From positions 1 to 40,931 of the IMG/VR virus record IMGVR_UViG_3300021066_000039: a DNA stretch of 40,931 nucleotides; one strand, 5' to 3'. A program made the translations under genes and the position numbers. The stretch's first letter is position 1. Each line of letters begins with the position of its first letter. Below the pieces are notes generated by a model. The model searched no databases. It saw only the letters and a list, made by a program, of their open reading frames with translations, and was not told the origin of the DNA. Origin of the DNA: a virus (taxonomy: Duplodnaviria > Caudoviricetes). Shown here piece by piece: positions 9,682 through 19,191 of the stretch.

Positions 9682-10323
9682 TTAATCTGGGATTCTGATC
9701 TTTCCTTCCAATAGAAGTTTTGTGTATTTACGGCCATTGTTTGCTCGCAGTTCTGCGATCTCTTCAACGGTCATTTCTCCAGAAGATGTTTGGCGTCCTC
9801 CGCCTGTTGGCTTTTCTAGTCCTTTTCTTTCAGTAGGTTTTTCAATCAAATCTTTATCTACTAGGAAGAGTCTGGCTACAGATTCAAGTGGTACGCCTGG
9901 ATACTGCGCTCTGTAATCGTTAAATTCAGAGGCTTTATCCTTAATAGCCGGATAAGTTACTTCGAGCTTTTCAAGAGCGTGTTGCTCTTTTAAGGCTTCG
10001 ATCTCCTTATTTAGCTTTTCTTCAAGGTACTTGCCTTCATCGGAACGAGGAATCCCTGTTTCTTGTAATTGTTTCTCAAGCATTCTTCTTTTTTCTTCCT
10101 CGATTCTTCGCTTTTCGCGTTCTTCTTGGAGAGCTTGTAGGAGTAATGCGGGATCAGTCTTTGATCCTGGTTTTTGAGGGGTTTCTCCTGCATAAACAAC
10201 ATTAGATGTTGATGTAGAGTCCACTTTTACTTCTTCTGGAGTAACCACAGGCTCCTTCGTCAGAGGAACTTCGTTTACGACATTGTTTGTATCCATTTGT
10301 TTGGGCTGTTTTACGACTCGCAC
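9682..10323 (-). CDS. Putative capsid scaffolding protein
   Basis: Acidic coiled coil (ALQEEREKRR) immediately upstream of the capsid gene. Confidence 0.7.
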   Translation of the reverse strand: MRVVKQPKQMDTNNVVNEVPLTKEPVVTPEEVKVDSTSTSNVVYAGETPQKPGSKTDPALLLQALQEEREKRRIEEEKRRMLEKQLQETGIPRSDEGKYLEEKLNKEIEALKEQHALEKLEVTYPAIKDKASEFNDYRAQYPGVPLESVARLFLVDKDLIEKPTERKGLEKPTGGGRQTSSGEMTVEEIAELRANNGRKYTKLLLEGKIRIPD

Positions 10324-10339
10324 CCGTACACGTCAAGTT

Positions 10340-10651
10340 TTATTTATTTATAAGTTGAGTGAGGTATCTTTCCAGTGTTTCTCTTTCCTTTTCAGGTGCA
10401 TCTAGCATTTTCAAAATCGAGAGGTACACATGCATACATGCTTGTTGCATGTTTGTAAGCGGAGTAACACCGTCACATTTTCCTTCTATTATTTTTATTT
10501 GGGTATCACAGAATTTTTTTATGTCTTCTATTGAGATAACTCCGCCTTTCAAAACACGCTCGTAATTTTCATAAACGGCGCGTTCTTCTTGGGTGAGTTC
10601 GTCTGTTTTTTTGATTCCTCTTTTGTTTAAGAGTTTGTCTAATAAAGACAT
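10340..10651 (-). CDS. Hypothetical protein (head module)
   Basis: 103-aa ORF between a strong promoter and the scaffold gene. Confidence 0.7.
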   Translation of the reverse strand: MSLLDKLLNKRGIKKTDELTQEERAVYENYERVLKGGVISIEDIKKFCDTQIKIIEGKCDGVTPLTNMQQACMHVYLSILKMLDAPEKERETLERYLTQLINK

Positions 10652-10676
10652 AAAAAAGCGGCTGTGTGTTTCCGCT
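10652..10676 (-). terminator. Terminator-like hairpin abutting a start codon
   Basis: AGCGG-loop-CCGCT-TTTTT directly followed by ATG. Confidence 0.5.
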
Positions 10677-10700
10677 CTTTGTTAGAGTTAGGTTACGTTG

Positions 10701-10730
10701 ATTATAGTGTGCTCAATAAAAAATTGTCAA
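10701..10730 (-). promoter_or_regulatory. Consensus sigma70 promoter for the scaffold/capsid genes
   Basis: TTGACA-18 nt-TATAAT. Confidence 0.75.
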
Positions 10731-11774
10731 TTAACCTACTCTTAGTGTAAGAAGCTGTGGCGAGTATGTTGCAGTTGCGCCTCCTGCACCAGCGGGTTTT
10801 AACATCATACCAAACATTACTGGCCCGGCTCGAATACCTAAATTCAGCGTCATTTGTAATGTGTTCGATGCTGGCGGACTTATGGCGGTGTTATTATCCA
10901 AAATCATTAGGTTACTTTGCGTTGCTTGCCTCACCCTTCTTGTCGTGCCAGTTCCTGCATCTCCAATCCCTGAAGCTGCGGCTGTGGTTGCCACGTGCCA
11001 GCAACTATCCGCAGTAGAAGTAATTGTATTATCAAAAGTAGCAAGTTCAGAAGCATCACTTTTGGTTGTTAAAGTTGTATCAAATGTACTACTTACCCCA
11101 GAATATGAACCCACTACCACAGCTACGAATTCAGAAGATGCGCTGGTTGTAACAAGTGAATTAGTTCCGGTAGATGGCCCAAATTTGTAAAAAGAATATG
11201 CCCACCTGTCAGCATCATTATACATATGATCCTTATCAAGTTGTGTATTAGATATAGAATTATATGTTTGTCCAGAAATGTTGTCGGTCGTAACAGCTCC
11301 CACTACGCCCGAGGTAAGAAATGTGTCTGAACCCGCTACAGTGTGGTTTCCTGAAAGAGATGTAGTTGAGTTAGATTGGCCTATGTCAGTATATGCGTCG
11401 GTTGCAATCGCAAAAGAAATTATAGGTATTCTGGCCGGATTCTTATAGTGAGCACCGTTACCTATATATTGTGGGAGCAAATAAACTTCCTTGAACTCCA
11501 GTTTTGGTAATGTGCCGGCAAAAAATTTCCTTACTAAAAATTCAAAATACACGATGATGGATTCAACTGTGTAGAACTCGTGGTAAGATTCCCCGTTTTT
11601 TTCTATGCGTGTAAACGACTCTGCTCGAATCCCCACTTTCCTACCAAAAAAGAATTCATAAGTTCTGAACAGGTTATAAGAGATGGAAGAATCGTTCCAT
11701 TCAAATTTAGGAATGTAACGTTTAGTTCTTGTTATATTAGCATACAAGAATGTGGTTAGGTGATTTAATTTCAT
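10731..11774 (-). CDS. Ser/Thr-rich beta-rich virion decoration/fibre-like protein
   Basis: ORF track 10731..11807; likely start MKLNH; S/T-rich C-terminal domain. Confidence 0.6.
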   Translation of the reverse strand: MKLNHLTTFLYANITRTKRYIPKFEWNDSSISYNLFRTYEFFFGRKVGIRAESFTRIEKNGESYHEFYTVESIIVYFEFLVRKFFAGTLPKLEFKEVYLLPQYIGNGAHYKNPARIPIISFAIATDAYTDIGQSNSTTSLSGNHTVAGSDTFLTSGVVGAVTTDNISGQTYNSISNTQLDKDHMYNDADRWAYSFYKFGPSTGTNSLVTTSASSEFVAVVVGSYSGVSSTFDTTLTTKSDASELATFDNTITSTADSCWHVATTAAASGIGDAGTGTTRRVRQATQSNLMILDNNTAISPPASNTLQMTLNLGIRAGPVMFGMMLKPAGAGGATATYSPQLLTLRVG

Positions 11775-11775
11775 A

Positions 11776-13326
11776 TTAAATCTCTTTACTAAATAATGCA
11801 GACACATGAACTGTCGTTCCTGTTTGATCTGGCATATCTATAGTCCAGTTATTGTTTACGTTGTCTTGTGGCCAAGGAACAGAAGGTGAGAAACCTACGG
11901 GACCTGTTGAGGCTGGTAAGTACATGGTGTGAATTATGTTTCCACCTGTTGTAGCGCGAATATCTAATTGTGTTGCCGCTGTAGAATTATTTGTAGCAGT
12001 AATCATAATAAGGTCGTGATAAACGCCTGCTCCACCTGCTGCAAGCAATGTGGTTTCTGTACCATTTGAAACTGAAACATAGGCGGTAGCGATAAGATCT
12101 CTTACCTGAATAGGTCTCATTACTTGTCTTCCTAAATCATCGGCTTTTGGTCTAATGTCAGCACCATCAGATTTTGCTGTTTTATTAGTCGTCATTACTT
12201 CGAAAGCGAAGAATGAATCCGCGGCTCCTGTTACGAAAACAGAATCAATAGAACCAGAGACTTGTTTTACATCAAATGTAGTAGGTTGACTTGCAACTGT
12301 TACAGGTATTGGATTTGAACCCGAATACTGAACCCCCCCCGAATCAACTATCGAAGTCGCAGTTGAATTAGTAATGCTTGTTACAGTTACCGAGGTCGCT
12401 GGAAGCTCTACTTTTACTCTGTTATCTGAATTAACAACATTTGAGGTTGCAGTTGTTGAAAAAATATCACTAACAGAAACGATGGACGCGCTTGTACTCC
12501 AACTAGCCCCTGAGACCTGAGCAACAGGAACAGCCGAGGCTCTTAGTTCTGTATCCGTTAGCCCCGAACCGCCTGTTTCTACCGAAACCGGAATGCGATT
12601 ATCTCCGTTTAAGAGAGAAGTAATAGTTGAACCAAAGATCTCTTTAACCGCGACTGAAGCAATAACGTCACTGGCTTGTACTGTCCGTATTGTTCCTGCA
12701 TTTGCTACCCCTTGATTTAAAGCAATATCATTTCCTCCTAATTGGATTACGTTCATTGAACCTACAGCATCAGATGCGTAGTAAGTAGCAAAAGGTGTCG
12801 TGGTTGCAGATAGATTACCCGTAATTTCTACAGGCGAAGCACGAAGCTGGGCGTCTGTTAATCCTACTGTACCTCCAGCAGATCCCATTATCGGGATTTG
12901 TACATCCTCTCCTTTTACGTTTACCCACCTTACGGGGACGGGGCTGTTAGTATCGTTAATTACTTCAACTCCGCCAAAAACTTCCATCTCTTTCGGAAAT
13001 TCGGGTATCTCCACATTTACATCAGCCGGTTTAACAGTTACTTGAGGCGCTGGAATCTTTATCTCTGGGAACGGTGGAATAACTACTTCAGGTACATTTA
13101 TTTCAGGAAGCGTAATTTCTGGCGTATCTACTCGAATAGATTTAACAGCCGAATCAAAGGACCGGCTCATTTCCTCTTTTAGTCCTTCCCCTAGTTCTTT
13201 GAAAGCGGGAGTGAGTTGTGTTTTTATTTCATCCCCAATAGTTTCTACTAAACCCTTCGCCTCTCCTTCTCTAAACTGTTTTGTCTTTAATTTTGAAATT
13301 AAATCTTGTAGATCTCTTTTTGTCAT
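11776..13326 (-). CDS. Pro/Ser/Thr-rich head fibre-like protein
   Basis: PEIxxP repeats; internal repeat GLTD(A/T)(Q/E)LRAS; follows the portal gene. Confidence 0.6.
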   Translation of the reverse strand: MTKRDLQDLISKLKTKQFREGEAKGLVETIGDEIKTQLTPAFKELGEGLKEEMSRSFDSAVKSIRVDTPEITLPEINVPEVVIPPFPEIKIPAPQVTVKPADVNVEIPEFPKEMEVFGGVEVINDTNSPVPVRWVNVKGEDVQIPIMGSAGGTVGLTDAQLRASPVEITGNLSATTTPFATYYASDAVGSMNVIQLGGNDIALNQGVANAGTIRTVQASDVIASVAVKEIFGSTITSLLNGDNRIPVSVETGGSGLTDTELRASAVPVAQVSGASWSTSASIVSVSDIFSTTATSNVVNSDNRVKVELPATSVTVTSITNSTATSIVDSGGVQYSGSNPIPVTVASQPTTFDVKQVSGSIDSVFVTGAADSFFAFEVMTTNKTAKSDGADIRPKADDLGRQVMRPIQVRDLIATAYVSVSNGTETTLLAAGGAGVYHDLIMITATNNSTAATQLDIRATTGGNIIHTMYLPASTGPVGFSPSVPWPQDNVNNNWTIDMPDQTGTTVHVSALFSKEI

Positions 13327-15089
13327 ACGCCAATTAGTTGCTTTAATTCGTCTAGTTCTGAGCTGGTGTCTTCGGAAGGATTTACTGTAGGGTTTACGGG
13401 TTGAGTCTGGGCTACTTGTGCAGGCGCACCGAGGTCTTCCTTAGGCGCTATATTTAATGACTGATCTATAGCTATCTGCATTAGTCTTTCTTCTTCGTTT
13501 TGGATTTCCTTAAGTTCTTGAGGCGAAAGATCTAGCAGCTTTAATTCTCTTGATTGAAGGATCTTCTTAAGAGCTGTGTTATTAGGGAACTGCTGAATAA
13601 CAAAATTAAACTTCTGGATATTTTTAAGCTGATCTGATTCCTGTTCTGATGATGAGGCTACTGTTGGCTCATAACCGGCTTTTGACTTCCAGTCTGAGGT
13701 GTATACCACCTTGTTATAAACCTTGCCGTCCAATCCTGTCTTATAAAGAGTAAAAGGAGTAAATGAGTTGTTCTGCATCATCTCATCCCATTTTTTTGCT
13801 AGGTTGTACCATGAGTTTTTGTAGTACTTACTCATGGTTTTTGCTCTCTCTTGAGCCTTACCTACTAAAATCTCTACCTCCCCTAGAGTTTGAACGCCTG
13901 TTTCCGGAGTTCCTTTTTCAAGAGCGGTAGCGCCAGAAGCACGCTCGGCAATACTTATAACAAATTGAATAGCATCAAGCGTCGCCCCTAAATCATTAAA
14001 CTCAAGAGGCATGATTGTTTCTTTCGGATTTCCTGGGGCCGGAAGCATCGCGCCTTGTCCTGGCTGGTAAGTCGTAGGTTTATAACCATCTATCGTAGCG
14101 TCATACCAGTGCATCCCCATATTCGCTAGGGATCGGTTCTCAATGTACTGCGAATACCAGATATTTATAATCTTATTTGGTACGCGGATAGTGTCGGCAA
14201 CCGAATCAGAGTACAAATCATTTGTTTCAGGATCCTCTGTCCAGAACTCAAACGGCCATTTATCCATACCAATAAGGTCTTCGAGTTTTTCATCAAGAAG
14301 TTCTATTGTATCGTCTGCATAGACCACCACTCTTCTCTCGAATTTCTTAGTCTTTGGGTTCCAAAGCTCTGTATAGTGTTCGGTTAAATTAACTAAAACA
14401 TCCCCGCCGGCAAAAAGGCCAAATCTCTCGTCTGTAACCCCCATTGCTCTTATTCTCTCTAACTTCTTTTCGTATTCTTCCTTGTTTTTTCCTCCCTGAA
14501 CCAATCCTCTTTCAGAGGCAACCCAAACTTTTAGCTCTTCCTTTCCTTTTTTCTCATATCTTTCATCGGCTAATATGTCTCTTAATCGCTTAAAAATGTT
14601 CTGGTGAACGATATATTTGGCTGATTCTATCTCAAGAGGATTAGTATTAGGGTCGTAAACTACATCATAAGGATCAAGAACATCTATGGAGATGCCTTTT
14701 TTATCTAAATTAAGTTTTTTTGTGGAAATTCCGTATAAAAGTACGTTTTTTTTGTCTTGCAGGTCCTTAGTTTCGAGATTTTCTCGTCTATAATTCTGAT
14801 CCCAGATCTCTTGGTAGATGATTTCCTTCATTTCATCCCCAGAAAGCTCCTTCCAGTCAACAATCGGCGCATCATCAGCGCCAGAAAGGATAGTTTTTAT
14901 AGTTTCCTTCATCAAAGGAATGTTTACAAGCTGTCTTTGGGTAAGCCGATTAACCTTTACCTTATTTCGGTAAAGTTCATAGTTCTCGTCCCAATCAATG
15001 TGCTTGCGATTTTGGAAGTCACGCGCGGACTTCTTCTCGTGAAGCAGTTTCGCCATCTTTTCAGAAGACGAATTAGTATTAAAATCCAT
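13323..15089 (-). CDS. Portal protein (P22-like)
   Basis: 588 aa after TerL; DVVYDP, ERASGAT and TLGEVEIL motifs resemble P22-type portals. Confidence 0.85.
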   Translation of the reverse strand: MDFNTNSSSEKMAKLLHEKKSARDFQNRKHIDWDENYELYRNKVKVNRLTQRQLVNIPLMKETIKTILSGADDAPIVDWKELSGDEMKEIIYQEIWDQNYRRENLETKDLQDKKNVLLYGISTKKLNLDKKGISIDVLDPYDVVYDPNTNPLEIESAKYIVHQNIFKRLRDILADERYEKKGKEELKVWVASERGLVQGGKNKEEYEKKLERIRAMGVTDERFGLFAGGDVLVNLTEHYTELWNPKTKKFERRVVVYADDTIELLDEKLEDLIGMDKWPFEFWTEDPETNDLYSDSVADTIRVPNKIINIWYSQYIENRSLANMGMHWYDATIDGYKPTTYQPGQGAMLPAPGNPKETIMPLEFNDLGATLDAIQFVISIAERASGATALEKGTPETGVQTLGEVEILVGKAQERAKTMSKYYKNSWYNLAKKWDEMMQNNSFTPFTLYKTGLDGKVYNKVVYTSDWKSKAGYEPTVASSSEQESDQLKNIQKFNFVIQQFPNNTALKKILQSRELKLLDLSPQELKEIQNEEERLMQIAIDQSLNIAPKEDLGAPAQVAQTQPVNPTVNPSEDTSSELDELKQLIGV

Positions 15090-15136
15090 TGGTTATGTGA
15101 CTTGCCAATGGTGTTGGTTTAAGTGCTGGCCAAATC

Positions 15137-15403
15137 TTAACTGCCTCGTTTAGGATTGTCAAACTTTCTCTTCCAGACAGTTTCGATAATCAGCTGCATA
15201 AGTGTTCCGTCGGCTGAAAAGTTACTTCTAACATGTCCGCCTTGCTGAGGTTTGACCGCTAGTGTCTCCCCAGGTCTTTTCCTTCTGTTTCTTCTGAAGA
15301 TGATTTCCTGAACGATACCCTCATCATCTATAAACGCTTCAAAAGAACCATCTTTAATCTCAAGCGCACCCTGTTCTCTTAATGTTTTGATTATTTCTTC
15401 CAT
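15137..15403 (-). CDS. Hypothetical protein
   Basis: 88-aa ORF with a weak internal duplication (DDEGIVQEII / SADGTLMQLII). Confidence 0.6.
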   Translation of the reverse strand: MEEIIKTLREQGALEIKDGSFEAFIDDEGIVQEIIFRRNRRKRPGETLAVKPQQGGHVRSNFSADGTLMQLIIETVWKRKFDNPKRGS

Positions 15404-15405
15404 AT

Positions 15406-16683
15406 TTAAAAACTTACTTCCCTATCCCCGTAATAAGGGATTGTAGGGTTCTGAATAATGTTGAATTTTTGTGGTTGCGAGCTATCCATCATTAAGGCAT
15501 AACGTAGTGCGTCCACAGCATGATCATTTTCCTTAATTGGTTTTTCCTCTTCGTTGTGGTCTGGTTTCTTGTCTGGGTAAGAATATGTTTCAAGCTCCCA
15601 GATTAAGTTTTTACAAGATTCATGGATAAATAACCTGTTTGATTTAAATAATTCTCTTACTATATTGATTCCGTTTCTGATCGAATCTTGGTTTTTGAGT
15701 ACATCTCTCGTATTTACTCCTCTTCTTCTTAATTCCTCACAACCTGAAGCTGATTCTGGATCAGGGTAGACCACGTTAAACTTTTGAGAGGCAACATAAT
15801 CCGCAATTTGTGCGTCAGTGTGTTGCCTTCTATACCATTCCTCGGTTACAAAATATTTACCATCATTGTCTTTAATAATAGAAAGAACACAGGCTGGATT
15901 TGTGAAACCAAAGTCTACCCCAGCTAAAAATTTGTTCTGTCCCTTGGCTTTATCTTTAAAATCACCAGAAAACAAATGCCTATCTCTTGAGAACTCTTTG
16001 TAGACAAGCCCTTCGGTTTTTCTAAAGTCAGCCAAGTATTCTTGAGCAAATCTGTCTTCAGTTAACTCTTGTTTAGCCTTGTCTATTTCTTCTTTAGGAA
16101 CGTGAGGGTTGGCGTAGGTGTCAAAATGAAATGATTTGTAATCAGAATCTTTCTGCTCTAGATTGTAAAGATCATAAAAGTGATTAAAGCCCTTTGGGGT
16201 TGAGATAAATAAACACTGTCCTTTTCTATCGGTTAAAGTTGGTCTTAAGACTTCTTGCCAATTAACCCAAAAGTTTCTATAACTTGATACTTCGTCTAAG
16301 ACAATAAAATCAAAGGCCTGTCCTCTTAGTGTCTCGACAGATTCCCAGCCCCTTAATGCAATCTTGGAAAGGCCTCCAAATTTATTTTTTATTATTACTT
16401 CAAGCCTTGATTCATTGATTGACTCAATCACTGGCTGACAGACTCTTTTCAATTCATTCCAAGCAATATCTCTTGCCTGCTGATAAGTGGGGGCAATATA
16501 AGCGATCGATGCTTTTTCTTTTCCGGAAGCCGCGCCAACCATTTCTAAAACTGAAAGCAAAGTTTTACCGAACCTTCTCCCTGCGCAGACAACCCTAAAA
16601 CGCTGCGTGCTTTGAGCTACTTTACTTTGTCCTGGATGAAAGCTTGTGCAGTCTTGCATGCTCTGTCTGATTTTTAAGGACAA
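15406..16683 (-). CDS. terL: Terminase large subunit
   Basis: Walker A AGRRFGKT, Walker B FIVLDE, FISTP motif, nuclease motifs GVDFGF and NDHAVDALRY; start may be 16659. Confidence 0.95.
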   Translation of the reverse strand: MSLKIRQSMQDCTSFHPGQSKVAQSTQRFRVVCAGRRFGKTLLSVLEMVGAASGKEKASIAYIAPTYQQARDIAWNELKRVCQPVIESINESRLEVIIKNKFGGLSKIALRGWESVETLRGQAFDFIVLDEVSSYRNFWVNWQEVLRPTLTDRKGQCLFISTPKGFNHFYDLYNLEQKDSDYKSFHFDTYANPHVPKEEIDKAKQELTEDRFAQEYLADFRKTEGLVYKEFSRDRHLFSGDFKDKAKGQNKFLAGVDFGFTNPACVLSIIKDNDGKYFVTEEWYRRQHTDAQIADYVASQKFNVVYPDPESASGCEELRRRGVNTRDVLKNQDSIRNGINIVRELFKSNRLFIHESCKNLIWELETYSYPDKKPDHNEEEKPIKENDHAVDALRYALMMDSSQPQKFNIIQNPTIPYYGDREVSF

Positions 16684-17077
16684 CTAAATTGCTTAAATCG
16701 TTGTTTGAGGGGTTGCCATCGATATGATGAACGACCTGAAAGTCGTCTGTTATTTTATCTCTTACAAGATATCGATGTAGAAGATAACGATTCCCATTAA
16801 TATTAATTCTTACATAGCCATCTTTTCTTTTATGTATTCCCCCTTTCCAGTTATGAGATTTTTCCCCAATATATCCCTTGTTCCAAGCCTTCGTGTGTTT
16901 TCCATACATAGGATTATTCGGTCCTGATAAATCTCTATAATGAGAAGGGTTGTCTTGTAGATTTTTGTACGTTCTATGGCAAGATTTATTACAGAAAAAA
17001 ATTTTTGATTTCCTAAAACGACACGGATATATCTCAAAAACTTTATGACAATATGTACAATTAACTTTTATCATCAT
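16622..17077 (-). CDS. HNH homing endonuclease with N-terminal Zn finger
   Basis: CxxC...CxxxC, HNWKGG, VHHIDGNPSNNDLSNL...H. Confidence 0.85.
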   Translation of the reverse strand: MMIKVNCTYCHKVFEIYPCRFRKSKIFFCNKSCHRTYKNLQDNPSHYRDLSGPNNPMYGKHTKAWNKGYIGEKSHNWKGGIHKRKDGYVRININGNRYLLHRYLVRDKITDDFQVVHHIDGNPSNNDLSNLVVLKNQTEHARLHKLSSRTK

Positions 17078-17378
17078 CTTGGTCAAGATTATTCTTTTGT
17101 AATAATTCTGCCGGTAGATAAAGCGGTTTACCACCAGTCGTATGATCAATAGATTCTCTGGGCTTTCCATCAAGCTGTTCCATGATGGCCTTCCGGAGTG
17201 ATGGATCCTTTAACATCTCTTCGACATATTCCTGAAAATACTCTGGGTTATCTTCAAAGATTTGGCGTATTTTAGAAATGATAGAAACACTCCCTTTAGG
17301 TCTGCCGTTGGGGTTTAATGACTTCTGTCCAGGAAGAATCCTTCCTTTCTCGTCTCTTAATAATTCTCCTTCTACCAT
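17061..17378 (-). CDS. terS: Terminase small subunit (putative)
   Basis: RDEKGRILPGQ..NPNGRPKG motif; lies upstream of TerL. Confidence 0.7.
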   Translation of the reverse strand: MVEGELLRDEKGRILPGQKSLNPNGRPKGSVSIISKIRQIFEDNPEYFQEYVEEMLKDPSLRKAIMEQLDGKPRESIDHTTGGKPLYLPAELLQKNNLDQDDDKS

Positions 17379-17389
17379 AAAAAGCGGGA

Positions 17390-17812
17390 TTACCTCTCCC
17401 GCAGAGGTTTGGCTGGATTGCCTACCCATGTTTCTCCAGCCGGCACGTTCTTAGTAACCACTGCTCCTGCGCCGATAACTGCTCCTTCGCCGATAGTTAC
17501 ACCAGGGAGAATGACAGCCCCAGCGCCGATGGAGACGTTATCAAGTACTACTGTCGTCAACCACTCGTTAGATGGTGGGTATTTATCGTTAGTAAAAGTT
17601 ACTCGTGGGCCTAAGAACACGTTGTTGCCAATTCTTACTCCTTGAGGAATGAAGCAAAAGGCTTGGATTTTACATCTGTCGCCAATTGAAACCCTGTCCG
17701 CAATCCAGACATGGCTATGAATGGTGCAGTTCTTGCCGATTTCTGCGAGTCCGATGTTCGAGTGCTGTGGATACCAGAATCTAGTTCCGTTACCGGAGCG
17801 CGATCTGTTCAT
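17390..17812 (-). CDS. Hexapeptide-repeat (left-handed beta-helix) sugar N-acetyltransferase, WbpD/WxcM-like
   Basis: IGxN/IGxG hexapeptide repeats; VTFTNDKYP; VGNPAK. Confidence 0.9.
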   Translation of the reverse strand: MNRSRSGNGTRFWYPQHSNIGLAEIGKNCTIHSHVWIADRVSIGDRCKIQAFCFIPQGVRIGNNVFLGPRVTFTNDKYPPSNEWLTTVVLDNVSIGAGAVILPGVTIGEGAVIGAGAVVTKNVPAGETWVGNPAKPLRER

Positions 17813-17823
17813 CGTTTCCTCCG

Positions 17824-18747
17824 TTATTTCGACACCCTTACCTTCTTATCCGATTTAGCTGTTGTCAAGTTTTTCTTCTTAGCTAATTCGTCAGCGAACA
17901 TGTCCTCTAAGCCTTTTTTAAAGGTGTATTCGGCTTTGAATCCTAACATTACTTCAGCCTTTTTCGTGTCGTAGACAAATCTTCCTGGGTCTACTGTTCT
18001 TTGCGCTTTTTTCTCGACACCTCCTTTCCAACCCAGTAAGTCGCAGATAATTTTGCCAGCTTTTTCAGCCGATAACTCTTCCCCTGAACCAACGTTGTAC
18101 GCTTGTCCCCACTTATCCCACGGAGCTTCAAGCGCGAGCACATTCGCTCTAGCTACGTCAAGGATGTAAGTGAAATCATTTGACTGCTTTCCACCATAAA
18201 GTGTAGGTGCAAGTCCCCGTTTAATGCGATCCCAGTAACCTCCGATAAGTCCGTGCATTCTTTTTTCTCTGCCGTACAGGTGCGCGTATCTTAAGATGAT
18301 ATAAGTTGATGATAATTCTTCGATATACTTTTCACCCATAGCTTTGGTACAGCCATAAACTGAATTACCTCTAACTCTAAAGTTTTCAGTTATTGGCGGA
18401 GTTTCTTCTATCGGCATGTATACAGAACCTGTCGAAGCGTAAACAACCGGAATATGAAACTTGCCGGATAGTTCAGCAATGTTATATGTTCCTATTACAT
18501 TAGTTTCGTGAGCTAGTTTGGGGTTTTTGTCCGCATCAGCGAATCTTGCAATAGCTGCAAGGTGTAAGATCCTTTCCGGTTTCCATTCGGCAATACATGT
18601 TGCGAGTTGCTTTTTATCACGAATGTCAAAGCCATCCATTAGATCATATCCGTAAACATAATGCCCGCGCGCTTGTAAAAGCTTAACAGTTTCTTGTCCA
18701 ACAAAACCCTTATCCCCAGTAACAAGTATTCTTAAAGGCCTATTCAT
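17824..18747 (-). CDS. NAD-dependent epimerase/dehydratase (extended SDR)
   Basis: TGDKGFVG, HLAA, YGCTK (YxxxK). Confidence 0.9.
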   Translation of the reverse strand: MNRPLRILVTGDKGFVGQETVKLLQARGHYVYGYDLMDGFDIRDKKQLATCIAEWKPERILHLAAIARFADADKNPKLAHETNVIGTYNIAELSGKFHIPVVYASTGSVYMPIEETPPITENFRVRGNSVYGCTKAMGEKYIEELSSTYIILRYAHLYGREKRMHGLIGGYWDRIKRGLAPTLYGGKQSNDFTYILDVARANVLALEAPWDKWGQAYNVGSGEELSAEKAGKIICDLLGWKGGVEKKAQRTVDPGRFVYDTKKAEVMLGFKAEYTFKKGLEDMFADELAKKKNLTTAKSDKKVRVSK

Positions 18748-19190
18748 TAGAGTGTTTTGCGATATTCCTTAGTCATTTCCAGTAATTTAACAACAGAAGT
18801 TAGCTGTTCGTTTAATCCAATTCCTGCTGGGTTTTCAGGTGTAGGACCTGCTCCTCCCTCTGTCTGCTCATCAATCATTTTCATCTGCTTTTCATAGAGT
18901 TCTTTATTATCCTTTAGCTTTTTTATTTCTTCTTCTAATTTCTTTTTTTCTTCCTTGTCCTTAGTTCCTTCAAGGTGAGTTTCTACTCGTGCAATAGCCT
19001 CAACAATCATATCTCTATCTTTTCTTATGCCTTCTCTTATTTGGCGGGATTGAGCAATCTTAAATTCAGCTTCCCACTTTGCCACTTCAAGTTGTTTGAT
19101 CTTTCGATCAAAGTAATCCTTCTTAGTTACCTGTCTAAAGCTAAGATACGCCCACAATGCAAACCAAACCAGTAATAATCCAAATGTCAT
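18747..19190 (-). CDS. Coiled-coil protein with N-terminal membrane anchor
   Basis: Hydrophobic first ~18 aa followed by a charged coiled coil. Confidence 0.7.
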   Translation of the reverse strand: MTFGLLLVWFALWAYLSFRQVTKKDYFDRKIKQLEVAKWEAEFKIAQSRQIREGIRKDRDMIVEAIARVETHLEGTKDKEEKKKLEEEIKKLKDNKELYEKQMKMIDEQTEGGAGPTPENPAGIGLNEQLTSVVKLLEMTKEYRKTL

Positions 19191-19191
19191 G

